A stretch of DNA of 64,000 bases from NCBI GenBank assembly GCA_050949255.1, contig JBMNFJ010000016.1, positions 787,809-851,808 of the forward strand, in the 5' to 3' direction. Both the position numbers and the translations under genes were made by a program. This DNA is from Caldicoprobacterales bacterium. Lineage in GTDB: Bacteria; Bacillota; Clostridia; Caldicoprobacterales; UBA3941. The notes under the pieces are model-generated. The model made no database searches. It worked only from the letters and a program-made list of their open reading frames with translations, and was not told the origin of the DNA. Shown here one piece after another: positions 55,135-64,000 of the stretch (position 1 is its first letter; each line of letters begins with the position of its first letter).

Positions 55135-56028
55135 CTAATTATGCCTATTAATAATGAATCTAGCCAATTCGCTTAAAAATTTACCCCCTGAGCCGAATAT
55201 AGCCAGCTGGTCCACTGCTCTCTCGTAGAGCTCCTTGGCTATAGACCTAGACCCATCTAGCCCATATTTATCCACATAGGTAGCTTTTCCCTTATCCTTA
55301 TCCCTACCGGTCTGTTTCCCCATTTCCCTAGAATTTCCAGTAACGTCCAGGATATCGTCAACAACTTGAAAAGCCAAACCTAGAGAGCTTCCATACTCCT
55401 TTAGTGCTCTCGAAATATAATCCGGTGGATCCTCCAGGATTATGCCGGCTAAAATAGAGGCCATGAAGAGAGAGCCTGTTTTATGATCATGAATGTATTT
55501 GAGGGTGTCAGCTGTAACCTTTTTCCCTTCGTTTTCCAGATCTACTACCTGCCCTGCTATCATGCCTCTTATACCTGCTGCTTGGGCAATAGCATTTATG
55601 GCTTTTATATGCCTTACAAGCCTATCCTGATACAACAGAGCATTTTCCAACATAGTTTCATATGCCAAGTTCAATAGGGCATCTCCAGAGAGTATGGCAA
55701 TTCCCTCTCCAAACTTTTTGTGGTTGGTTGGTATACCTCTTCTATAATCATCATTATCCATAGCCGGCAGATCATCATGTATCAGGGAATATGTGTGTAT
55801 CATTTCTAATCCCCCAGCTAAGGGCATGGATTCTTCTATGTTTCCCCCTAATAACCTATGAATCGATAATAAGATAATTGGGCGTAATCGTTTGCCCCCG
55901 GCGAACAGGCTATATTCTATCGAATCATAGATTATGCCAGGATATCTTTCCATTTTCCCTAATAAGTTATATAGGTAATCATTAATAAGCCCCATTAGTT
56001 GATTGTACTGTCTATCGAATTCACACAT
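55135..56028 (-). CDS. ispA: farnesyl diphosphate synthase (polyprenyl synthetase family)
   Basis: 297 aa. First DDxxD-type motif IHDDLPAMDNDDYRRG and second motif VVDDILD. Confidence 0.92.
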   Translation of the reverse strand: MCEFDRQYNQLMGLINDYLYNLLGKMERYPGIIYDSIEYSLFAGGKRLRPIILLSIHRLLGGNIEESMPLAGGLEMIHTYSLIHDDLPAMDNDDYRRGIPTNHKKFGEGIAILSGDALLNLAYETMLENALLYQDRLVRHIKAINAIAQAAGIRGMIAGQVVDLENEGKKVTADTLKYIHDHKTGSLFMASILAGIILEDPPDYISRALKEYGSSLGLAFQVVDDILDVTGNSREMGKQTGRDKDKGKATYVDKYGLDGSRSIAKELYERAVDQLAIFGSGGKFLSELARFIINRHN

Positions 56029-56284
56029 GGTCTTCTCCCTGGAAGGGAATTTCTACCAAATCCCCTTCTAAATTTTTTGATAAGATATTAACTTCCTGTT
56101 GTGCCCTTTGTAAGGCCTGCTTACAATGCTGCGACAATAGAACTCCCCTTTTATAGAGCTCTAGAGATTCTTCCAGAGTCAGAGTAGGTTCTCCCCCTTC
56201 TAGTCTATCTATTATTGTCTCTAACTCTTCCATGGCCTCTTCAAATTTAAGTTCAGAAATTCCATTATCGTTTTTTGTCTTCAT
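56021..56284 (-). CDS. xseB: exodeoxyribonuclease VII small subunit
   Basis: 87 aa. Contains FEEAMEELETIIDRLEGGE.TLEESLELYKRG. Confidence 0.9.
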   Translation of the reverse strand: MKTKNDNGISELKFEEAMEELETIIDRLEGGEPTLTLEESLELYKRGVLLSQHCKQALQRAQQEVNILSKNLEGDLVEIPFQGEDHV

Positions 56285-57497
56285 CCCCCGTCCCCTTCTC
56301 TTTACTAATTATATTACAGGTAGCAATACCATCTATCAAGCGAATCATGGCATTCATACCTTCATTTAGCTGGTCAACTGAATTAATGATAGTTTTGTTG
56401 TTAGCATCAGTGAGAACACAAAAGCCCCTCATCATTACTGAAAGGGGATTTAAAGCCTCCAGATTAGAAACCAGAGCAGCGAATTTATCCCATTTCTGTC
56501 TTGTTAATGAATTGGAAAGGGTAGCTATCTTCTCTATATTGTGATCCAGTCTTTGTTCAATAGTTGTAAAAAACCGCTCTGGATATTTCATAATGTAGCT
56601 GTCTGACAGATTTTGTATTTTTGCATTCTGTAACATTAAATATCTGGAAATCGAGTATTGCAATCCCTCATCCAGCCTATCTAGAGTTTGATAAATACCG
56701 GATAACTCGCGGACGGCTATCTCTCCGGCAGCAGAAGGAGTTGCAGCTCTCACATCGGCAACCAAATCGGAAACAGTAAAATCAGTTTCGTGGCCGACTG
56801 CAGATATAATGGGTATTCTAGAACGGAATATGGCCCTTGCAACTTTTTCCTCATTAAAAGCCCATAATTCTTCTATAGAACCCCCGCCACGACCAATAAT
56901 TAGGATGTCAATATCATCTCTAGTGTTTGCATAATCTATAGCGGCACTTATTTGATCCTTTGCAGTTTCGCCCTGAACCAAAACAGGTATCACCAATATA
57001 CTAACGGTATTATTTCTCTTGGTGATAACCCTTATTAAATCATGTACTGCAGCACCTGTATGGGAGGTTATAATAGCGATCTTTCTTGGAAAAGCTGGAA
57101 GTGGTTTTTTATATTCATCGCTAAACAAGCCCTCCTCCTTGAGTTTTATTTTCAGAGCTTCGAGAGCTGCATAGAGTTGGCCTATACCATCTTTTTCCAT
57201 ATATTCAACATAGAATTGATATTGGCCATCTCTTATATACATAGAAATATTTCCCTTTAAGATAACCTTCAGCCCATCTGATGGTGTAAAGTCTAAATCA
57301 GCGTTTTGGTACCTAAAGAACACACATCTAATTCTAGACTGATCGTCTTTAAGAGTAAAATACATATGCCCCGAGGAATGCAATTTAAAATTAGAGATTT
57401 CTCCTCTTATCCATAAATTCTGGAGTAAGAGATCTCTATCCATTAGATTCTTAACATAATTATTGACCTGACTAACCGTAAAAATAGATCTATTCAT
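56265..57497 (-). CDS. xseA: exodeoxyribonuclease VII large subunit
   Basis: 410 aa. FTVSQVNNYVKNLM...WIRGEISNFKLHSSGHMYFTLKD (OB fold), followed by the catalytic domain RGGGSIEELW. Confidence 0.93.
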   Translation of the reverse strand: MNRSIFTVSQVNNYVKNLMDRDLLLQNLWIRGEISNFKLHSSGHMYFTLKDDQSRIRCVFFRYQNADLDFTPSDGLKVILKGNISMYIRDGQYQFYVEYMEKDGIGQLYAALEALKIKLKEEGLFSDEYKKPLPAFPRKIAIITSHTGAAVHDLIRVITKRNNTVSILVIPVLVQGETAKDQISAAIDYANTRDDIDILIIGRGGGSIEELWAFNEEKVARAIFRSRIPIISAVGHETDFTVSDLVADVRAATPSAAGEIAVRELSGIYQTLDRLDEGLQYSISRYLMLQNAKIQNLSDSYIMKYPERFFTTIEQRLDHNIEKIATLSNSLTRQKWDKFAALVSNLEALNPLSVMMRGFCVLTDANNKTIINSVDQLNEGMNAMIRLIDGIATCNIISKEKGTGDEDKKR

Positions 57498-58338
57498 ATA
57501 AGGATGCCGCCTGCACTGTGTTCTTTAATAACATAGCAATGGTCATAGGACCAACACCTCCGGGCACAGGGGTTATCCAGCCTGCCTTATCAAGAGCTTC
57601 ATTAAATTTCACATCACCTTTTAGCTTGCCTTCAACCCTGGTTGTTCCTACATCGATGACTATAGCGCCTTCCTTTATATATTCGCTATCTATAGATTCG
57701 GGACGTCCTATTGCCACGACCAATATATCTGCACTTTTTGCTATTGATTTAAGGTTCTTTGTTCTGGAATGACATATGGTCACAGTAGCATTTTCCCTAA
57801 GTAGCATGATAGATACAGGTTTACCGACAATATTGCTACGCCCTATTACCACAGCATGCTTTCCGGCAATTTCCACACCTGTTTCTTTTATCAAAGCAAT
57901 GATGCCCTTTGGCGTACATGGCTCAAAACCTTCACCACCAACTAAAAGTCTTCCCATGGTAATCGGATGAAACCCATCAACATCCTTTCTGGGATCAATA
58001 GCATTTATAATAATACCTTCATCAATATGATCAGGTAGAGGCAATTGAACCAGGATCCCATGGGTATCGATATCTTGGTTGTATTTATGAATCTCTCTCA
58101 ACAGATCATCTTGTTGGATGGATTCTTCCATATAGACAACATTTGAACGAATCCCTACTTCCATACAAGCTCTTTCCTTGTTTCTTACATATATTTGGGA
58201 TGCTGGATCATTCCCAACCAGAATAACTGTAAGACCCGGGACAATCCCTCTCTCATTACTTAACCTTTTTATATCATTCTTTAATGACTCCTTGACTTTA
58301 TTAGCAAGAGCTTTTCCATCTATTAAGTTTGCGGCCAT
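57490..58338 (-). CDS. folD: bifunctional methylenetetrahydrofolate dehydrogenase/cyclohydrolase
   Basis: 282 aa. Contains GLTVILVGNDPASQIYVRNK, VQLPLP, GRSNIVGKP and PGGVGPMT. Confidence 0.95.
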   Translation of the reverse strand: MAANLIDGKALANKVKESLKNDIKRLSNERGIVPGLTVILVGNDPASQIYVRNKERACMEVGIRSNVVYMEESIQQDDLLREIHKYNQDIDTHGILVQLPLPDHIDEGIIINAIDPRKDVDGFHPITMGRLLVGGEGFEPCTPKGIIALIKETGVEIAGKHAVVIGRSNIVGKPVSIMLLRENATVTICHSRTKNLKSIAKSADILVVAIGRPESIDSEYIKEGAIVIDVGTTRVEGKLKGDVKFNEALDKAGWITPVPGGVGPMTIAMLLKNTVQAASLYE

Positions 58339-58359
58339 ATTTACCTCCCTTTACCAATA

Positions 58360-58788
58360 CTATTCTTCTCCATTTATCCGGGTTTTAATAGACTCAGACC
58401 TAATGAAATTACCTAATATCCCGTTTATAAATGAACTGGATTTTTCGTTCCCATACTTCTTTGCCAATTCAACGGCCTCATTTATAGATACGCTTATAGG
58501 AATATCATCCATAAATAATAGTTCATATAAAGCCAGCCTAATGATTGCCAGATCCACTCTGGCCATTCTTTCCAATGACCAACCCTTCGCATATTTCCGT
58601 ATATAATCATCTATTTTCCCTTGTTCAGCATCCATGGAAAACAGGATTTCCTTAACATATTCTTCATCATTCTCATCCAGTTGAAACTCTTCACTGAGGT
58701 TTTTAAAAGATTCACTATGATATTCACCAGCTATATCCCTTTCATATAGCAGTTTCATAAGTACTTCTCTTGCAGCTACTCTAGACAT
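58360..58788 (-). CDS. nusB: transcription antitermination factor NusB
   Basis: Start at MSRVAAREVLMKLLYE (ATG at 58788, SD GGAGG). Contains INEAVELAKKYG...FINGILG. Confidence 0.9.
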   Translation of the reverse strand: MSRVAAREVLMKLLYERDIAGEYHSESFKNLSEEFQLDENDEEYVKEILFSMDAEQGKIDDYIRKYAKGWSLERMARVDLAIIRLALYELLFMDDIPISVSINEAVELAKKYGNEKSSSFINGILGNFIRSESIKTRINGEE

Positions 58789-58936
58789 TGATTTCCTCCA
58801 GGTCATCCCTATAGGGTTACTGTTTGTTATTCTTTCAATAAACCGATACCATACATAATAAGATGATTCATATCTTGAATATGTATTAAACTCACGAAAT
58901 CTAGCAAACCATGTTTACTAACCCACATAAAACAAA

Positions 58937-59155
58937 TCACCCCTTGGGCAGTATTTTATCCAGGAAATTCATAAATCTTTCCTGCCTATCGTTCATACCA
59001 CCTATCCAATAACCAATACCAACGCATATTGACAAAATTACGGTTTTCCAAAATCCGATCGTTACGATAATAATTCCGACTATTAATCCCAGGGATACTC
59101 CTACGATTCTTCCTCTATGATCCTGCCATGCCCTGCTAAAAAACTCCTTATCCAT
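58937..59155 (-). CDS. DUF2273 small integral membrane protein
   Basis: 72 aa, two TM segments. Third member of the asp23-amaP-DUF2273 trio known from Firmicutes. Confidence 0.7.
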   Translation of the reverse strand: MDKEFFSRAWQDHRGRIVGVSLGLIVGIIIVTIGFWKTVILSICVGIGYWIGGMNDRQERFMNFLDKILPKG

Positions 59156-59167
59156 CTAACTTCCTCC

Positions 59168-59734
59168 TCATTGAACCTTTGGTCGCTGCTGAGGTGCAGT
59201 GAGATTATCGATATAAACAAATACTTCTTTCACTAAAATTCCAGCATAGCCTTCAATGTATTCCTTAACCTTTTTCTGTATACTAACGGACAAATCCTGT
59301 AAGACCACATCAGGCATAATTGATACCTTTAGTCGTATTTTTACTCCATCATCCTCATTCAATATGCTTATCTTTGAATCCCTTACTTCGTTAAAGCCAT
59401 TAACCGCTTTATGAGTCATCGCTTCCAAGGTATTTATGGATATACGGATTATACCCAGGTCTGTGTGTTTTAATAGAGCACTGCTCGGCACTTTTGGTCT
59501 ATTACCGGAAAAAAGCAGTTTAATGCTCACAACTAGAAAGAATATGCACACTAGAGTACTGACAAGAAAAAATCGCCAATCGGGCTGAAAACTTCCGAGA
59601 AAATAATTGATATTCTTCAAGGGAATTATATTAACACCTATTGCTATAAAAAGCACCAAAATAGCAATGGATATAATAGCAACAACCAATGTATAGATGG
59701 TCAATAACAATCGATTAAGTAAACCTATTTTCAT
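59168..59734 (-). CDS. amaP: alkaline shock response membrane anchor protein AmaP
   Basis: About 188 aa, two N-terminal TM segments. Directly downstream of asp23. Start placed at the ATG at 59734. Confidence 0.7.
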   Translation of the reverse strand: MKIGLLNRLLLTIYTLVVAIISIAILVLFIAIGVNIIPLKNINYFLGSFQPDWRFFLVSTLVCIFFLVVSIKLLFSGNRPKVPSSALLKHTDLGIIRISINTLEAMTHKAVNGFNEVRDSKISILNEDDGVKIRLKVSIMPDVVLQDLSVSIQKKVKEYIEGYAGILVKEVFVYIDNLTAPQQRPKVQ

Positions 59735-59817
59735 CCTGCCCAAGCCTCCCTTTATCTACCTATCTTGTAATAATTATACATGTATAAACCCCCTGAAAAT
59801 GCCAGGAGGTTAACACA

Positions 59818-60201
59818 CTATTGTTTTATACTATGCTGTTCGCTGATTTCCTTGTGAAATTCGATTCCCTGTATGTATATGTTCACTTCAACAACTGTTA
59901 GCCCTGTCATAGTTTCAATGGACTTTTTGACATTCTCTTGGACATTCCAGGCGACCTCGGGAATTTGCACTCCATATTCAACATTCATAAAAAGGTCAAC
60001 TGCAGCTTCTTTTTCTCCAACTTCTACCTTTACACCCCTGGTTGGACTCTTTTTACCAAACTTTTCGACGATACCGGCACTCATAGAAGCTACACCTTTT
60101 ACTTCTAATGCGGCAAGGCCGGCAATAGTAGCTACTACATCATCGGCGAAGGTAACCTTACCATATTCATCAATATTGGTTTGCATAGATTCATCTGCCA
60201 A
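59818..60201 (-). CDS. asp23: Asp23/Gls24 family envelope stress protein
   Basis: Contains GKVTFADDVVATIAGLAALEVKGVASMS. Start placed at the TTG at 60201, 6 nt after GGAGGTG. The ORF-track start lies inside the SD. Confidence 0.85.
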   Translation of the reverse strand: MADESMQTNIDEYGKVTFADDVVATIAGLAALEVKGVASMSAGIVEKFGKKSPTRGVKVEVGEKEAAVDLFMNVEYGVQIPEVAWNVQENVKKSIETMTGLTVVEVNIYIQGIEFHKEISEQHSIKQ

Positions 60202-60370
60202 ATTGTTCACCTCCAAATTATTAACAATAGAGACAACATAAATAATACTATAATAGTATTTTCAAAAAATAGTCCTATCTATATTAGTATATTATAGCAA
60301 AACAAAAACCTCTTTACAAACTATCCATCCTAAAAAATATAACAATAGATAAGAAAACTCTCCATAGACG

Positions 60371-60396
60371 AAAAAATCCCCTATTGGGATTTTTTC
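60371..60396 (-). terminator. rho-independent terminator after recA
   Basis: AAATCCCAATAGGGGATTT flanked by A and T runs. Confidence 0.8.
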
Positions 60397-60403
60397 ATTT
60401 CAG

Positions 60404-61423
60404 TTAATCCTGATTCTCAGTATTGGATTTGATCTTGGTACCATCCAATCCAAATTCTTTTAATACCTTTAATTCTATTTCGTCCCTTAATGCCTCGTTT
60501 TCTTTTAAGAATTGTCTTGCATTCTCCCGCCCTTGTCCCAATCGTATATCACCGTAAGAATACCAGGCTCCACTCTTATTAATAATATCCTTAGAGGCAG
60601 CTAAATCCAATATAGACCCCTCTTTGGATATACCTTCCCCATATATTATGTCAAATTCAGCTTGTTTGAAGGGCGGTGCTACCTTATTCTTCACTACCTT
60701 AACCCTAGTCCTATTGCCTATCATATCCGCACCTTGTTTTAAAGTTTCAATCCTACGGACATCCAATCGTATAGAGGAATAGAATTTAAGGGCACGTCCT
60801 CCAGGAGTGACCTCTGGATTTCCAAACATTACTCCAACCTTTTCACGTAGCTGATTGATAAAAATGGCAACGGTGTTGGATTTGCTAATAATACCTGAAA
60901 GCTTACGAAGAGCCTGAGACATTAGTCGGGCTTGCAAACCCACATGAGAGTCTCCCATTTCCCCCTCAATCTCTGCCTTGGGTACTAGTGCAGCAACGGA
61001 GTCAATAACAACAATATCAACAGCTCCGCTGCGTACAAGTGCTTCAGTTATTTCCAAAGCCTGCTCTCCAGTGTCTGGTTGCGAAACCAAGAGGTTGTCA
61101 AGATCTATCCCAAGGGTTGCCGAATAGCTGGGATCCAGAGCATGTTCAGCATCGATAAACGCGGCAGTTCCACCCAGCTTTTGAGCCTCTGCAATGGCAT
61201 GTAAGGCTACGGTAGTCTTCCCCGAAGACTCTGGTCCAAAAATCTCTATAACCCTGCCCCTGGGCAGTCCTCCAACACCTAAAGCAATATCCAAATCCAA
61301 GCAACCGGTTGGGATCACCTCTACGTTCAGATGACTGCCCTCGCCTAACCTCATTATTGATCCCTTACCAAATTGCTTCTCAATCTGCAGTAAAGCCATA
61401 TCCAACGCTTTTTGCTTTTGCAT
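60404..61423 (-). CDS. recA: recombinase RecA
   Basis: 339 aa. Contains [33 protein letters not shown] and VVIDSVAAL. Confidence 0.97.
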   Translation of the reverse strand: MQKQKALDMALLQIEKQFGKGSIMRLGEGSHLNVEVIPTGCLDLDIALGVGGLPRGRVIEIFGPESSGKTTVALHAIAEAQKLGGTAAFIDAEHALDPSYSATLGIDLDNLLVSQPDTGEQALEITEALVRSGAVDIVVIDSVAALVPKAEIEGEMGDSHVGLQARLMSQALRKLSGIISKSNTVAIFINQLREKVGVMFGNPEVTPGGRALKFYSSIRLDVRRIETLKQGADMIGNRTRVKVVKNKVAPPFKQAEFDIIYGEGISKEGSILDLAASKDIINKSGAWYSYGDIRLGQGRENARQFLKENEALRDEIELKVLKEFGLDGTKIKSNTENQD

Positions 61424-61489
61424 ACACTCCCCCGTAGTTTTCGGGGTTCACCTGCCTTTCCTGATACTGGGGTAAACCACCAACTGATC

Positions 61490-61502
61490 CGAACATTTGT
61501 TC
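61490..61502. promoter_or_regulatory. LexA (Cheo/SOS) box in the recA promoter
   Basis: CGAACATTTGTTC matches the Firmicute consensus CGAAC-N4-GTTCG. It sits just downstream of the -10 element. Confidence 0.8.
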
Positions 61503-61508
61503 CTTTTT

Positions 61509-61537
61509 ATTATATGATAAATTTACTATTACGTCAA
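61509..61537 (-). promoter_or_regulatory. sigma-A promoter of recA
   Basis: Minus strand TTGACG-17 nt-TATAAT. Confidence 0.7.
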
Positions 61538-61558
61538 TGAAAATTTCAATTTTTGCGC

Positions 61559-62800
61559 TTAATCAATATTCAAAAGCATCCGTCTTACAGAATCTAAAGC
61601 AATAGATGATGCAGTCTGCTGAACCCTTGTCCGTTCACCTAACAGATTATAATCTTGAACCTTCATATATCCATTCTTGTCACCAATGGCTATATATACA
61701 AGGCCTACAGGCTTGTCCGGAGTCCCACCGCCGGGACCTGCGATTCCGGTAACCGCTATACCTACATCGGCACCTGTTGCTTTAAGTATTCCCTTTAACA
61801 TTTCTGTTGCTGTTTCATAACTAACAGCACCATATTTATTTAGAGTGTCCTTTGATACTCCTAGTCGTTCTATTTTAGATTGATTGCTATATGTTACCAT
61901 ACCCTCAACAAAGGCAGTGGATGCCCCTGGTATACTGGTTATCCTTCTGGCTATAAGACCACCTGTGCATGATTCGGCTATGGCTATGGTTTTACTTGAT
62001 CTGGTCAATAAACTGACTACCACGCTTTCCAAGGTATCGTCATTAACACCGTAAATCACATCTCCTAATCTCTCTCTAATTCGGTTTTCCAATGGTTGGA
62101 TTAACGCAAGCGGATCATGATTTCGGGGAGTCTTAGCTGTAATCCTTAAGGTTAATTCGGAATCGCCTGCCAATGGTGCAATAGTGGGATTGCTTTGATT
62201 GGCCAATATATCCTGAATTTTTTCTTCCATAACCGATTCACCTATCCCGTAAATCTTGAGTACCTTGGATACTATCTTTTCATCACTTTTTGCCTCCAAA
62301 TATGGGATAACATGATTTTCGAACATAGGTTGTAACTCGCGAGGAGGACCTGGCAGGATAACAAAAACCTTATCATTATGCTCAACTATAGCACCCGGAG
62401 CTGTGCCAACGCTATTGGGTAGAACTATGGACCCTTCCGGGAAATAAGCCTGTTTATAGTTGTTTTTGCTGATGGTCCTGCCCCTTTTTACAAAAAAAGC
62501 TTCCAAGGCGTCTATACTAGGTTGATGTGCTATCAGCCTCAGTCCTAAAAATTCTGCTATTGCTTCTTTGGTTAGGTCATCCATAGTAGGACCTAAGCCC
62601 CCGGTAGTGATTATTAGATCAACCCTCTCTATGGCAATTGCCAATGCCTGTTTTACCCTTATCATGTTATCTCCTACAACTGTATGATAGAATAGATTTA
62701 TGCCCAATTGGGAAAGTTTTTGTGAAAGATATTGGGCATCCGTATTAGCAATTTGCCCTAACAGTAATTCAGTGCCTACACCAATAATTTCAGCGTTCAT
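61559..62800 (-). CDS. cinA: competence/damage-inducible protein CinA (nicotinamide-nucleotide amidohydrolase)
   Basis: Start at MNAEIIGVGTELLLGQIANT (ATG at 62800, SD AGGGGG). MoCF-biosynthesis-like N-domain and C-terminal PncC domain (AESCTGGL). Confidence 0.92.
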   Translation of the reverse strand: MNAEIIGVGTELLLGQIANTDAQYLSQKLSQLGINLFYHTVVGDNMIRVKQALAIAIERVDLIITTGGLGPTMDDLTKEAIAEFLGLRLIAHQPSIDALEAFFVKRGRTISKNNYKQAYFPEGSIVLPNSVGTAPGAIVEHNDKVFVILPGPPRELQPMFENHVIPYLEAKSDEKIVSKVLKIYGIGESVMEEKIQDILANQSNPTIAPLAGDSELTLRITAKTPRNHDPLALIQPLENRIRERLGDVIYGVNDDTLESVVVSLLTRSSKTIAIAESCTGGLIARRITSIPGASTAFVEGMVTYSNQSKIERLGVSKDTLNKYGAVSYETATEMLKGILKATGADVGIAVTGIAGPGGGTPDKPVGLVYIAIGDKNGYMKVQDYNLLGERTRVQQTASSIALDSVRRMLLNID

Positions 62801-62853
62801 TCGTAGTCCCCCTAAAGTAAGTTGTGATACTGTCTCATAACCAGTATTAGTAA

Positions 62854-63396
62854 TCAAACATTCTCCTTTAATAATCTACGGTTTTTGTAAATATAGTCTA
62901 TTCCGGATAGTATAGTTATTATAGTAGCGGCATATAAAGCTACAACATCAAAGGGGAATCCCACATAACTAAAGGGGAAATTGTCAAGAAGTATTGCAAC
63001 TATGGACACAATTTGTACAATAGTTTTGACTTTCCCAAGCCAGCTGGCCGCGATAACAACCCCTTCAGCGGCAGCTATAATTCGGAACCCTGTTACAATG
63101 AATTCTCTACTGATGATAATAATAGTTATTATAGACGAGACCTTACCCATTTCCACCAAAACAACAAGGGCAGATGTAATAAGCAGTTTATCGGCAAGTG
63201 GATCTAAAAACCTGCCAAGATTTGTGACTTCATTCCTTTTCCGTGCTATATACCCATCCATGGAATCGGTGCTTGCCGCTAAAACAAATATAAAAGCGGC
63301 TACATATTGACTATATGGGAAATTTCCTAACAGGCACACCATGAATAAAGGTATAATGAAAATCCTAATAAATGTTATCCTGTTTGCTAAATTCAT
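62854..63396 (-). CDS. pgsA: CDP-diacylglycerol--glycerol-3-phosphate 3-phosphatidyltransferase
   Basis: Start at MNLANRITFIRI (ATG at 63396, SD GGGGGA). CDP-alcohol phosphatidyltransferase motif DSMDGYIARK...G.FLDPLADK. Confidence 0.92.
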   Translation of the reverse strand: MNLANRITFIRIFIIPLFMVCLLGNFPYSQYVAAFIFVLAASTDSMDGYIARKRNEVTNLGRFLDPLADKLLITSALVVLVEMGKVSSIITIIIISREFIVTGFRIIAAAEGVVIAASWLGKVKTIVQIVSIVAILLDNFPFSYVGFPFDVVALYAATIITILSGIDYIYKNRRLLKENV

Positions 63397-63456
63397 GACT
63401 ATCCCCCAAAACTTGTAATCAAAGACCATTGCTATTTTTATATTTATACATATGGG

Positions 63457-64000
63457 CTATTTTACATACTCTTCTTCAAATTCTTCTCTTGATATAAGTA
63501 CATTTCTTGGCTTACTACCATCAAACCCGCTGACAATCCCCCTTATCTCCATTTCATCTATCATACGGGCAGCTCTCGCGTATCCAATTCTGAGCCGCCT
63601 TTGCAACATTGATATAGATGCCTGACCAGCATCTATTACTATACTAATAGCTTCCGGCAATAATTCATCGTATTCGTCCGTAATCTGATCTTCCCTATCA
63701 GCTGCAATCTCTTCAATAACCTCTAAATCATAGGTAGGTGTATCATGCACTGTCCTAATGTAGTCAACAATATTAGTAATTTCATTTTCCGATACATAAC
63801 ATCCTTGAACCCTGATGGGCTTACTGGCCCCCACAGGATAGAACAACATGTCACCCCTACCCAACAATTTTTCGGCACCACTAACATCCAATATAGTCCT
63901 TGAGTCCGTATTAGAAGAAACAGCAAAAGCAATCCTGGATGGAATATTGGCTTTAATCAACCCCGTTATAACATCAACTGAGGGTCGCTGGGTAGCAATT
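63457..64000 (-). CDS. ftsK: DNA translocase FtsK/SpoIIIE, C-terminal part; gene continues beyond the window end
   Basis: Contains [35 protein letters not shown] and the gamma domain [24 protein letters not shown]. Confidence 0.9.
   Translation of the reverse strand, partial: IATQRPSVDVITGLIKANIPSRIAFAVSSNTDSRTILDVSGAEKLLGRGDMLFYPVGASKPIRVQGCYVSENEITNIVDYIRTVHDTPTYDLEVIEEIAADREDQITDEYDELLPEAISIVIDAGQASISMLQRRLRIGYARAARMIDEMEIRGIVSGFDGSKPRNVLISREEFEEEYVK

Overview
AT-rich chromosomal segment (about one-third GC by eye) from an endospore-forming Firmicute, probably a Clostridia-class anaerobe. Almost every gene is on the minus strand. The exceptions are rqcH, a small DUF1540 gene, one orphan gene and one tRNA cluster. 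Gene order follows classical Bacillus/Clostridium blocks: (1) 10 tRNAs, rdgB, gerM; (2) pyrP-pyrR-rluD-lspA-yteA-divIVA-yggT-sepF-yggS; (3) a SigB/F-type partner-switching module; (4) 6 tRNAs, cheR, rpsA-plsC-cmk; (5) an IS256-family insertion; (6) a methylmalonyl-CoA/oxaloacetate decarboxylase-type biotin enzyme cluster; (7) rluB, ytfJ-ytfI, scpB-scpA, an M50 protease, a D-Ala-D-Ala carboxypeptidase, xerD, spoIIM; (8) DUF3866-GT4-GT2-SteB-like-SteA; (9) spo0A-spoIVB-recN-argR-nadK-tlyA-dxs-oapA-[OLE RNA]-PAP2-ispA-xseB-xseA-folD-nusB-DUF2273-amaP-asp23; (10) recA-cinA-pgsA-ftsK. The most notable element is a roughly 600-nt GC-rich non-coding stretch at about 54034-54645 (minus strand), which the ORF track hides inside a spurious 331-aa ORF. 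Its position between ispA/PAP2 and a small membrane protein gene plus dxs fits the OLE (ornate, large, extremophilic) RNA and its partner OapA. Other points worth a second look: a partner-switching operon whose in-operon RsbW-like protein has lost all ATP-binding motifs, while an intact kinase sits after the sigma gene; a beta (Na+ pump) subunit with two frameshifts in the decarboxylase cluster; an AroH chorismate mutase fused to cytidylate kinase; a decayed ispH remnant; a 135-nt rod-like hairpin where Bacillus has rph; an orphan protein with an RNase HII-like N-terminal motif and a C-terminal zinc ribbon next to the IS; and a SteA/SteB-glycosyltransferase-DUF3866 block wedged between spo0A and spoIIM. 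No CRISPR array, rRNA or prophage was seen. All calls rest on reading the sequence and remembered family motifs; no searches were run.
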